A stretch of 64,000 bases of DNA from Tubiluchus corallicola (Eukaryota > Animalia > Priapulida). A program made the position numbers and the translations under genes. The DNA lies in contig JAQGDQ010000057.1 in the NCBI GenBank assembly GCA_030141605.1, positions 620,001-684,000 of the forward strand. The letters are read 5' to 3'. Below the pieces are notes generated by a model. That model did no database searches. It was not told the DNA's origin and saw only the letters and a program-made list of their open reading frames with translations. Below are positions 26,901 to 39,462 of the stretch, piece by piece (within the stretch, counting starts at the first letter, position 1; the number at the start of each line of letters is the position of its first letter).

Positions 26901-29425
26901 CTTGTAGCAGAAAGACATTAATCTAGAAAAGTTGCCATTGAAAGTTGTCACTCATTTTCAACTGCATTTCCAAGACTACCACGTCGTTGTCTTTGCTTCA
27001 TTGTCTTTACAGCTAAGATCACATTGCTGTGTTCGCGCCTAAATAAATCACACTAATGAACTAGACGTTCAAATCCTCCTTCGATTCTCCATGAAAAAAT
27101 TACTTGAATCCTCACCACAAAATGATTTTAAACACACATTCAAACTTCCACAACTAGCTAATTATATTTATGTACATAAAAACAAATGAAGGAACCACTT
27201 GAGATGATCCAATTCATCGAATCGTTTCACGTGACTTTATACCAGTTGATCCGATTAATGGCATGCTGATTTGTCTCGGGTTTCTGAGAACACTGGTTTC
27301 TCATTTGTCTAGTTTTATTTTTTATCAAATGAATTCAAACAGCATCAAAATGAATTAGATCTCAAATTGTCATTCGTTTGTTTTTATGTAATTCATATCT
27401 GTCTTATAATAAATACTTCTCATTGCTTTATTTATTTATTTATTTCGTAATATTCAGAGTACAATACACACGAGTGACAAGGAAGCTAAAAAGTGAAATA
27501 AAACAATAAAGGCCAAGGACTATTACAAAAACAGTGCAAATTAGAACAGTGATAATAATAATATAAGTAGAAGATTACGGTAAAAAACACAAAAAACTAA
27601 AATAGCTGCTTTATCGTGCAGCAAAAATATTATCAGTGAAATAGCACAGAAGAGCACTGGAAAATGCCTTCTTTTAGTCTAGTTTTTGCTTACCTATTTA
27701 CACTATATGACTTGTCCCCATACAATGGTGTTTGTTTAATTATACTGCTTAATCACTAAAGTATAAAATAAGCCTAGGACGGACCATACACGTTGTACCC
27801 TACTTCAGATCGCAAACAGTCTTATGAAATGACAATTAAAAACAAATCACACGTCTACTGAAGCTTTACAATTCTATCCAAGTCACTGGATAAAGTTTGT
27901 AAAGTAATGACTCGTGTGGCTCAGGTACAACAGGCTAGAAATTGGCCAAAGCTCTCAGAGCTCGTTTCAGTCTCTGACTCCTGACGGCTTAGTCAATTCT
28001 GTCACATTCACATCGCAAATTTTTAAAGGACCCAAGCAGCGACCACAAAGCATGTTGGGTGACCGTATGTCTTGCAATAATCCCTACAAATGGCTATCCG
28101 TGGGAGGAACAAGAACAGAAATTTGCCAGTTAAGCTTGCTGAATATACTGCTAAAACGAGACAGACTTGCTGCTTTACAATTGCCCCAGAGTCCAATTTA
28201 CCCTGGATTAAACTATTCCCTGACAGACAGCATCAAATTCCTCCAAATCCTAGCCAATTAGCACCACAGACAGGCGAGCATGTTTCAACGCGATCACGTG
28301 ACTCATCTTGAAACTGAACACGTGACCGAAGCTAGTTTCAACTGTCAAAATAGATCATGAATTTTAATATGTTCGTTGCTGACACTTTAATTTGGGATCT
28401 TCCGTACAATACAAGATACGTACAGGTAGAAACGTTGTACCTCCAAATACGCAGCAAGTTGTAATTGCGCGCGTTTTTACGTATTACGTAAGTAGGGCGA
28501 TCACTCTTTAGTGCAGTTATTAAACATTCAAAAATATATCAACTAAATGAGGTCTTCAAAATTGGGAAGCATTCGCGGTAAAACCGTTAAGTGGGAAGTT
28601 AATCATACACAGTTCTTAATAATATAACTAAACCAGCAAGTAACGGCAACCGTCAATAAAAACCTACTTAAAGGAAAACCGCAACTAATCTTAAACTGTA
28701 TCTCAAAACTGCAAAATATTGGAAGTAAACACGTCGTTTTCTCAACAAGAGTGAAAGAATTATTATCGCAGAAAACCTAATTTCGCCCTTAAAAACGAAT
28801 AAAATAGAAAACAAAGTTAAAGGACAAGAAAAGGGGTACCTGAAGTAGGTTTCAGAAAAATCGCCTTAAAAATTATATTAATTTATAGCAGTTTTATGCG
28901 TATATCGTCCTCGGGTTGAAAGGACTTTTTGTTTGTTTTCATTTCACTCCTGCAATAATGTTCCGACAGCGCCATTACATGACACCATATACGCACAACG
29001 TAAATCGAGGGAAGAAAAGGAAGTGTTAAGCTATGTCCCAAAAAACTTTAGCTTTTTGGGATAAAAAATCCCAAAAAGGTTATATTACTTAGCATTTCGC
29101 TTACCTACTTGAAAGACTTGTGTAACTAAAAAGAAAATTATTTATTATTTAATATGTTTCACCAATTGGTAAAATGTCATTGACTCATCTCCGAGGTGCA
29201 TCACTCACTAATCAAAAACGTATTTTTAATCTTATTGACAAGATACAGTAATTTTGCTTAGTTAGTGACGTGTGTACTACGAATGCTCTGAATATTTTTT
29301 GAAACTTTACTCAGTGTTATCAAAACTTGCTTCAAATGACTTATCGTCAAAATGGCTGCGTCTAACGGTCATCGCGGGAGTTTAAATTTACATATTTTAC
29401 CAGCTTTACTGCCGACGCAAGTCCC

Positions 29426-29790
29426 TGCATGCAAAAACAGGTATAAAGTTCCAAGACGAATTTTTTAAGCTTTATGTAAGTGGAGGGTTTTCTTGTACTT
29501 TAAAATTTGCCGGGATTTCTATATCATACTGAATGTTGTACAGTAACAGTTGAACAATTGTTCAATTTTTGCTTTCGCAAACACGTGCAACACGCTCGTG
29601 AAATGTGTGTGCAGTTGAAAATTATATTCATCTGTGAGGTCACACTAGTTGAGCTTACCCGCTGTTTATTAAGTTTTTAACCTAGTATTTAATTATTACA
29701 AACACTTTGACATTATTATAGGTGTTAAAATGTGTGCTTTCTAAAGTACTTCGAAATGGATATGAAAAATCAGCATGTTTTTCCTTCAAG
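29426..29790 (+). repeat. Dispersed repeat, copy A (related to 45326-45735)
   Basis: Shares an exact 30-mer GCTTTCGCAAACACGTGCAACACGCTCGTG and colinear, diverged flanks with copy B. Confidence 0.85.
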
Positions 29791-30401
29791 CTTCTTAAGC
29801 TGAAGTTTACCTTTTCGCGAAACCCTATGGCAAAATCAAATTTCTTCAGAAGTTACTATTTCCAATTACTGTTTTAAAAAGAAGGAATTACAAAAATTGT
29901 ACTAAGAGGCAATAAATGTCAAATTTTAGATAATATTTTGTTTCCTCTCGGTTAACTCCTCTGCTAAATTCAAGAAATATCACCATCCTGTGTACTTTAA
30001 AAACCTTTTAAAAAACTCATAATTACTTCTAAAGAAATGAAGGGATAGGCTCCAACAGCGCATGCTCAAAATGTAAAATCTGTTCAAAGCGTAATACGAA
30101 GACGCCCTAATCTCCCATCAAGTCGGCTTAAGGCTTTGTCAAAGGAAGAGAATGGAACAGACGCAGGGAACGCTGGAAAGCTATAAGAGAGAGGATGGAA
30201 GCCATGAACCAGGCTAAAAGCAGATCAATGGGGAAAATTGTGTCACAAGAAACCCAAATCAGCCATTCTGCTGCTATGTTCCAGTCTCAGCGACTCAGTT
30301 TTTCCAAAAAAATGAATAACATCATCACGAAGTGTCCAGTCGGCTTTATATTTCTTTATTCCGCTATTTGGCTAGCCAGGAAAAAGAATAACGTAGACGG
30401 G

Positions 30402-30471
30402 GAGAGAGACAGTGAGTGAGAGAGTGAGTGAGTGAGTGAGTGAGTGAGAGAGAGAGAAAGAGATAGAGAGA
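30402..30471. repeat. (GA)/(GAGT)n microsatellite
   Basis: Directly visible. Confidence 0.95.
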
Positions 30472-30785
30472 AGTAAACGAGCTCTACACAATCACCAATG
30501 TCGACGAAACCGTGCGCCCCCATGATATAAACAATAGCCATCTTTATAGGCTTCACCTTATTCTCTACAGCATTCTGACAGTCGTAGGAAAACCAGAACG
30601 TACGTCAACTAGCGAGTAAAGAACTGAACGCAGACCGCTCACGTGACGCTCTTCCTTCGGTCATTAAGGCCAGAGATTTACAAGTCTTCAACTAGCCTTT
30701 CTGCATCAGAGAAATGCAGTGCAATGATCTAAATATTACATACGCCAAGAGCTACAATACTGTCCACGTCAGAATACTGTATTCC

Positions 30786-31904
30786 ATCGGGTGGCGCAGT
30801 AAAAATGTACCGAAGTTTCGACTACAATGACATTAGAAGCAAATGCTCTACGAAGATGAATTTGATACTGTGAAACAGTGAAGTATCACTGTTTGATACT
30901 GCAATTCATTACCTTTTGATTGTGAAAGCACCCAAGTTTATAGTTTTAGTAGTAAAGGGCACAATCATCTCACGAGCATATTGTACGTATTTGCGAAAGC
31001 AAAAACCGAAGAACGTTGCTACTGTGCAACATTGACTGTGATCCACAAAAACTGGACAGATTTATGTTTAAAAATTTTAATTCCAAGCTTTCCGCTGTGT
31101 CGTCAGGTGATTTCACCAGAAACACTTATGTCAGAAATGAACTAAAATGTACAGGCAATATTATTGTGTAACGCGTTTTCGAGATGCAGACGCTGCGAAT
31201 AGCAAAATGCATGTAAAAAGCGCATTTTTACAAAGCGCAAAGTTAAACTTCCGAGGTAATCATTAATCATGTAAGTCGTTCTTAAAAAACAATTACGTTC
31301 TCTTTCAATACTTTATACATTAAATTATTTTGAGCTATAGTTTAAAACTGGTTTCTTCTCCCCAATAAATATCGGAACAACGTCAGCTTATCATGAACGG
31401 TAAAACAGCCGAGTCGACGCAATCAAAGAACTCAATACATGGCAGCAAGACAATAAAAAATGAACCTTTTTACATCATTGCCTTCACCACAAAAAACAAA
31501 GTATTGATGATAAAGATCTGTTGTCAAGAAAAATTGGAACTATGAAATACGGTATCTGAGGCTACACAGAGCCATAAGAATTTGGAGGAACTAAAAGCAA
31601 GAATTGTTGACCGTTTGGATCAAGTATCCTTTATAGAATTAAGAAACAATGTCAAGTGTTGGAAGAGACACCTTCGTATAGTTTGCAGTGAAAATGTTGG
31701 ACACATAGGGCTGTTGCTGTAAATCTGAACAATAGTGACAATTTCTATCGGCATTTATTTTTTGGCTTGAAAAAATCTAAGGAAATGAAGGTAACCTTCA
31801 ATTTTTGGTGTTTACTTATAAACATTTGTAACAGTGTGATAATTTTCATGCGATCCCATTATTTTCTTCTTATAATATCGTGATTATAACTGCGGCACTT
31901 TTTT
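30786..31904 (+). mobile_element. Tc1/mariner-superfamily DNA transposon relic (copy 2, same family as 12248-13051)
   Basis: Left TIR ATCGGGTGGCGCAGTAAAAATGTACCGAAGTTTCGACTACAATGACATTAGA matches the copy 1 TIR. WQQDN at 31440. 31573-31722 reads HKNLEELKARIVDRLDQVSFIELRNNVKCWKRHLRIVCSENVGHIGLLL*, a typical transposase C-terminus. The 3' noncoding part is colinear with copy 1. Confidence 0.85.
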
Positions 31905-32017
31905 ATTTATATTTTAACATATATATTTACAGACACATTTTTACACCAAATATATTGTAAATATTTTTGAATATTCTTGCAAACTCAGAACTCTCTCGCA
32001 TAAGATTTCCTTAACGG

Positions 32018-32337
32018 CAGCAGAAAGAGGTATTTACAATAGTTTGCTCGTCAGTGAAACAGAAAGAGGTGTTTGCTGTAGTCAGGTCATCGGTGAAGCA
32101 AAAAAGGTGCTTACAATAATCTGGTCATCAGTGCAACAGAAAGAGGTGTTTGCTGGAGTCTGGTCATCGGTGAAGCAGAAAAGGGTGCTTACAATAATCT
32201 GGTCATCAGTGCAACAGAAAGAGGTATTTGCAGTAGTCTGGTCATCAGTGAAGCAGAAAAAGGTGCTTACAATAATCTGGTCATCAGTGCAACAGAAAGA
32301 GGTGTTTACAGAGGTGTCTGTTCATCAATGCAGCAGA
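32018..32337. repeat. 39-bp minisatellite with alternating A/B units (78-bp dimer)
   Basis: CTGGTCATCAGTGCAACAGAAAGAGGTGTTTGCTGGAGT alternates with CTGGTCATCGGTGAAGCAGAAAAGGGTGCTTACAATAAT. Confidence 0.95.
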
Positions 32338-33825
32338 CAGAGCAGTGCAGCAGCTTGTCGGCAGCCTGCTTGCCGTATCAAAGACAAATCGTTTTTTGCG
32401 TTTTGTCATTTATGGCACTTTCAACCCGTCCAATATTCAAAAATCTTTTTACTTGCCTCTGGTAAATCCAATAACTTCCTTTCACAACTGACCTTTTCAG
32501 GTTTTGCGAATGCCTAGCACAATTACGCGCCCATCCTTCACGTGAACAGATTTTAATTGAAATCCATTTGAACCTCGCGTCTACTCGTCTGACAAGAGTC
32601 TCGCTGATTGTCCTCCAAAAGACGAAAGTGTTTCTTTGAAATAGAGGCTGAAATACGTTTATACCCAACCATAAACCTTAAACTGAAGAAAAGGCAGGGA
32701 GAGAGACAGAGATAGTTTACTGACGGTTTACTGGCTCTTTAAATCAATATTAAGCGCTGCTTGTATTGTTATTTCACGGCTGAAAACCCGCAAAGCTTTT
32801 ATTAAGGATCGCTGAGCTTTTATGGACAACCAGACTTGAGGAAGCCGAAGCAGGAAAGAAGCCAGAAGATATGACGTATTGACGACGGCATTTCTGAAGC
32901 CATTACAGAAATATCGACGTATACTTCTGGGATAGGTCAGAGAAGTGAATATTCTGAAGGACTGTCAATAATAACAATACGAACATGCTGATTAGTCACA
33001 CTGCCCCTGAAACGTGACTGAAGGTCTGGACTGAGAAGAATAGGCTTCAAACCAGACTAGTATATCCCCCTAACAAATTCGTCATTACACAAGAGGAAGC
33101 AATTGTCAGTTTTCAAAAATGCTAAATTTCCAAAAAGGGAATAAGGTGCAGTTTTGTCCTGTTCTGAATATACACGTGTAACTATAAAACTTAAATATGG
33201 TTGCGCCTAATAACCAAACAAACTGTAATACAAACAAATCTCAAGTTACTCTTTGTATACCAAGGATCATGTAAATATAGTATCTGTTAATGCAGGCTAT
33301 GTTGAGATTGTATTTGACAATAATGAACGGCACTTAATCCGAGAAAAAGAAATAACTTATACACGTAAACATTGAGAAATTTCGATTACAAATTTGGTTA
33401 TTAATGGTTTTATTATACAAAATTTGTAGGTACGCAATGGACATTCAATTTAATGGGTATTTGTGGCATTTCTGTGCTAAAAAGAAGTAGGTCTAAATTG
33501 AGTATAAAAACGTAAAGACTACTGGTCAAAGAAATCTACATATTTAAATTTTTTGATTAAAGTTTTTGGCAAACCTGACAAAATCTCACTTCGTAAAGGT
33601 TTACCAAATGCCAAAAAAACAAATTCAATCAGAATTCACCATCTTATTGTGCGGATACGACAGCCATACGACTTTTCCTCTGCTTACAAGTAGAGCGCGG
33701 CAAGGTGGGAGATTGTTCGAATTTCGCAGTCAAATCATCCCTATTTCCGTTTTATATAGAAAGGTTGGCCATTTTCTTAGCCGAAATGTACCATGAGCGC
33801 TAGTGCCATCTGTTAGCCGACAAAT

Positions 33826-34036
33826 TAAATAAGGCCCACGAAAAGTCTTTCTAAGCGAGAATCTATAAATTACGCAAAGTAAATCACAATATTTCCGAAT
33901 ACATCGTATATATATATATATATATATATATCTACTATATATATATAGTTATATACGATGTATTCGGAAATATTGTGATTTACTTTGCGTAATTTATAGA
34001 TTCTCGCTTAGAAATACTTTTCGTGGGCCTTATTTA
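33826..34036. repeat. Near-perfect long inverted repeat (~87-bp arms) around a (TA)n core
   Basis: 33826-33912 is the reverse complement of 33950-34036 with one mismatch (33848). Confidence 0.97.
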
Positions 34037-37000
34037 TATATATATATCTTTGTTTACCATAAAACAATGATAGTATACATTATACAATAGGCTACACTGT
34101 TAATAGGCAAATGCGTTTGGTGCAAAAAATTAGAGCTGCGAGTGCGGTAGGTGTGCATAAAAAACACAAGTAAAAAATGATATTAGCCACAGTAAAATAC
34201 TCCTATCTAAAAAAAAAAGAAAAGCACACTCAAAAATACAATCTCATATAAAATAATGCATATCATATACGTAATTAACACACGTATGTTCACACAGATA
34301 TGAATAGATATGTTCAGATAGATATAGAAAACACTACCCATGATTGCATTTTTCTGGTAAGTGTGCCTTTTGCAATATTCAGTTCTACTAAACTGAAATT
34401 AAGCTTACCAAAACACAAGTTACCTATAATTATATGCGCTTATATAGTTATATAATTATACAGCAAAAAGTTCAGTACCGTAATGTATTTAATGTAATAT
34501 GCAAGTTTATTTATTTATATCTTAAAGATAGATATCACATAAATAGGTATAATAAAAATAGTCACTTTATATTTCACAGTATTTAAAACAACGGCCTAAA
34601 CAGTGTGTCATCAACTAGATGTTAATATAAAAAATATTATCGACAATATCTCTTCCTTTCCGCCTCACCCCTCATGCAGTAAGCTCACATTGTGAAGTCA
34701 AATAATACAGCAGCAGAAAAACACATAACTAGCGTTTACCATATATATATATATGGTGTACATAGTAGCCGCTAGCAGCACATATCAATATCATAATTGT
34801 ATTTTATTGGGCTGTGGCATTTAATATTGTATGACCCATATATTGATCTGTCAGAGTAGCCACTGCAGCTTTCACAGGTGATGCTAGGCTATCCATTTAA
34901 CTAGATGTATACCTGAATTGCAATAATAGCGAGTTTCATTTAACTATAAATGGAATGAATGAAGGGGCTCTTTATAATAGCAAACGGTATCCTACAGCAA
35001 TGCAAAGAACAGAAATATAGGCACATGGCATTGAAATTATGAAGTGCTAGATCATGACCAGGGACTTTCATATATTGCGCGTATGACACAATATTTTACA
35101 CTGTTAATTGCTAAACATGAATCATAGGATAACACATATAAATTGCACTGTAATATTAGGACTAATACTTGTCACGACCTCAAGCATGCCGGCTACTACT
35201 GATCAATCAGCTCTATCGTCTTCCGGGTTCAGCAATAATGAATATCCGTCCACACAGATCTTCGTAGGCAAGAAAATTATAAATCATTTAAACAAAATAC
35301 AAAAAATTAATTTATAGCAATTATTTTGGCCGATCTCAAAACGTGATTAATACTTGCATACAAACATTAAATTTGCTGAGCGTGTTGACCAGTTCAATGA
35401 GTTGTTCATTCTGTGTAAAAAATATTTTTAACAAATCAATAAACAAATAAATGCATACCTGCATGCATACGTTCATATATACAGGTATAAATGCACAAGT
35501 ATCGACGACCTCCCCTATAGCTGAGTACAGAGGCCGATAGACAAACAAATTTAAGTAGTTGTTGCAGCTGGGACATATAATAAGTTTAATAACTCAATAT
35601 ATCACAACTCTGATGAGAGTTACGAATCGGCTGTTGACCACAAGGCAATCAGTGGTCACTTCGCCTCAGACTATCTAATTTAATCAGATGATAATTAAAT
35701 CGAAATATGAATCATAGAAACATGCAGTCTTCTAGGCGCCCTTGACAAATTATTGTAGCCGAGAGCCCCGCCTACATATGATTAAGGTAGTATTCCAATA
35801 AAGGCAATAAGACAGTGAATTTTCACTTCCAGCTGAAACCACACGGGTATTGCTAGTTCATACAACTTATTTTAGCAAATTTCGTTCCGTTTAACACACT
35901 GAGATGAAGCTGGAGTAATAGTAGCTTTACTTGCTACCACCGAATAATCTATAATTTCTACAGAGTTACTTCTGTTTAGTACCTTCCAATGCAGAAAGAT
36001 TGCCGTAACTTACTGACATTTAGCAGTGCAGCCAAATGAGCACAGTTGCATGCGACTGCGACTTAGTATACGCCAAGAAAACGATCACATGTAGACAAGT
36101 GTTTGCCTAAGCATTTCGCCAGTTTAATTATATCCTGATGAAATTATTGAAGCTTAAAATGGCTGCGCAGTGCACACTTTAAAATTTAATTGGATTTCGC
36201 TGTGCATAATAAACCAATTACGATAGGAAGAAACGTTGAAAATCTCAATATAAATTTTACACGTAAGCTGCAATGTTGAAAAACTGTGGAGTCAGCAAGA
36301 CCAAACGAGTTCCTGGTAGTTGTAAAGAGCATCAATTTTAAAAATTGCAAATATTGTAAATAACAGCAGCAAGTCACTGACTATCCGCATCGTTATTACA
36401 GTGAAATGAAATGGTTAAAATGTGTTGATAATCATAGGAATCAACCAAGTTGCAAGATTTGTTGAAAATTCAGTGTGAAAATGAACTAAACCAAATTTGT
36501 AACTTTTATGACGGTACACTAGCAGCATATTTATTGCCTGTTTGTTTGTTCGTTCATTCATTCATTCATTTATTGTGGATGTTTGTGGTTGTGTTTTATT
36601 TGTATTTATTTAAGATTTCTGTTTTACAGATGTACAGCATGAAGGTAATTAGTCTGCGTCATATTTTATTTTATTTCATATTACCTACCTCTTCGAAAGA
36701 ATAGGTATTATGGCAGACAGATTTTTTACGTGCATCAAACCCTTTCGCACGTAAACCCTTTCCCACCTAGCTTTATAGCAACGGGCTCCATGCGCAAAGA
36801 AACTTCCGATCGCTAATCGATCAGGAATCACTAAATTATGGGTTTTCATGTATCGGGAACTAAAGCACGGTTCTGAAAGGTTTTGACAGAAAAGGAAAAA
36901 CTCAATTAAGCGAGAAGAATCACTCCTAACTGATCACTAATCGATCCTTTACAATTACTAAAAATTAATATCAATTATTTTATTTCCTGTTAATTTAAAG

Positions 37001-38300
37001 CAACTGCCTCCCGCAAAATAAATCTATATTTGAAGTTGACAAAGAAAAAACAGTCGATCGATCTGTGATTAGTGATCAATAACTGGCGAATATGCAAAAA
37101 ATTACAATTTTCCCAACTTTCGAGTAAGTAAACCAAGGGAGTCCAGTAAAATCAGCACCAAGAGGATTAGGAAACGCGAGTGACAGCAGACAAGACGCAG
37201 CTAATAGACATACAATCATTAATCAATAACTAATGAAGACGACGCATAAAAGTTCACAACACGTTCTAAGCAACTCACCTATTTCAAAAATACTGAATCC
37301 AAGTGGCATCTAACAAAGCGTTCTGTTAATGGCTATTGGCTAATCAGTAATCAATAACTAATCAATAAGTTCTTAAATCTTAGGAATAAGACACAATTTT
37401 AGGTGGTAAGTTCACCACTCAACAGAGACAACAGCAATAAGTATTCCCTATTATATTTATATTAACCAACATGTGATTTAGATGTATTCAAAACTTCCGT
37501 ACATTTATTATTTTAGGCCTACCTAAAGTAATAAATTGCAAAATTTCTCCTTAAAACAAATTTGCATCAGATGGAGGTACTTGCTGTATTGTTGCTTTCC
37601 TCCTCTCTTTATCCTCTTACAACTGGAATGAACTGATTAAAACAAAATTTAGAGCCACGACGTATTATGAATTTTTTACGACGGGCAATAAAACTAATAC
37701 CTATAGCATAAAATTTCTATAACTAAATGCTGCTGCTTTGTCTTCTAAAATGGTTTAAAGTAAAGCAGTTTTATGGTGACTAAAATAGATGGTGGCCGTA
37801 AAAAATAACAAGCAAATTGTTAGAAATGTATAATATGAAAACCTGTGGGAAGGATTTGTCAGCAATTCAGGCAACTGACATACCCCTATGCATTGACACA
37901 AAATGTGATTTATTTACCATTCATTCTTCGTGCATTAATGTTTCTCGCGGTTTTCGCAAGCCGCAAGGAAAAATTTGCAGCATTTATAGCGCTCGCTAAT
38001 AACTTCACGTTTTTAGAAATTTTAAAATTTTACGGCTTCTAACGTGAAATTTAACGCTAAGCAAATTTCGAAAGTTTTATCACCGCAACGCAAGTAGATT
38101 GTAACTGATGCATTATGTAATTGGTAATGCAACTATAAAACTTGAAAGCTAAAGATATTAAGAGATTGTAAATATTACAAAATTTGTTAGCTGGTGCTAG
38201 TAAAGGCAATGAAAGCGACTAAAAACTGAAAATTTACAGCAAAAAACTAAGAAACGAAGAAATAAATGCTGCATAACAACCAGCTTAAATGAAGTTTTTA

Positions 38301-38340
38301 TCAATGATGTCACTTCAGTCAATGATGTCACTTCAGTCAA
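38301..38340. repeat. 18-bp tandem duplication
   Basis: TCAATGATGTCACTTCAG twice plus a partial third unit. Confidence 0.9.
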
Positions 38341-38706
38341 GTACGAAGTTCAGAGATGCTGGTACTACCCGAACGAATGCGCAACTTTGACATTTCTATG
38401 TGACTAGCCTGCGAATTTGTCTGCTTTTTAAATGGCTTCAAGGTATCACTGCCACAATTCACCAAGTGTCAAACATGGATAATATTGTTGTAGGTAGCAC
38501 TAAGTCGTTTATCAAATAATTAAATCCTACGTTGAATTCATAAGTGATTTGTGTTTAGAAATACATTACACAGTACGAAAAATTTTGTAGTTTGAAATGG
38601 ATCAATTAAAGCATGTTAACTAGATATAACTTTTTAGCTCTCCGTTACAAAAGTTTTTAAAACTACATAGCAGCTGTGGTTTCTAAGAATGTAGCTAAAA
38701 ATTGCT

Positions 38707-39462
38707 CAGGGAAAAATGGTACGGTAAAATGGCACAGGAAAAAAGGCACAAATGGAAAAGCAGGTAAAAATGGCACAGCAGGAAAAATTCTTTTTTGCAA
38801 AACTTGACCGAACACCACATATAAAAAACCGCTCATGAAGCACTTCGTGGAGGTATCAGAGGGACTATTTAGTACTTCTTTTTTTATCTCCACTTGGACA
38901 AACAACTACGATATAGCTCTAGTTCCATTTCAAGAAATTCTGGGGACATTTTGAGAAATTCTGTGCAAAAATGTGTAACACTGTCTATAACCTTTGCTTA
39001 TTAATGTGTATTAGTTTGTAAGGTAACTTAGTACGTATATATTTGTTAGTTAATTATGACCATTGCTAAAATTAATGATTAAAAGGGCGGATAAACATTA
39101 TGCGGAACATTCGTGATTTACTGATTATAAATCTATTTAATGAACAAATATTTTGTGAGTCTTTTGCTAGATTTAATAGTTTATATAATAGATGCCGGTA
39201 CATTTTTGTATGTTTGCTTAGTTATATCTATGTTAATTTTTTTAATAAAAAAATTCAGACAAATGAGTTTAGGATTGTTCGGCTTTGGCAGAGATCTGCT
39301 TTCTACTGAGCGCACACTAGTTTTATTATAGAGATCAATTGCAATGAAATAACATATGTGCCATTTTTTCTGTGAAATTTTTACCATGCCACCTTTTCCT
39401 TGTCATTTGTACCTACTTTTCCGTTTGTGTCATTTTTCCTGTGCCGTTTTTACCGCGCACCG
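38707..39462. mobile_element. Foldback/MULE-like non-autonomous element with modular inverted termini
   Basis: Left CGGTAAAATGGCACAGGAAAAAAGGCACAAATGGAAAAGCAGGTAAAAATGGCAC vs reverse complement of right end CGGTAAAAACGGCACAGGAAAAATGACACAAACGGAAAAGTAGGTACAAATGAC; both built from AAAATGGCAC-type subrepeats. Confidence 0.8.
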
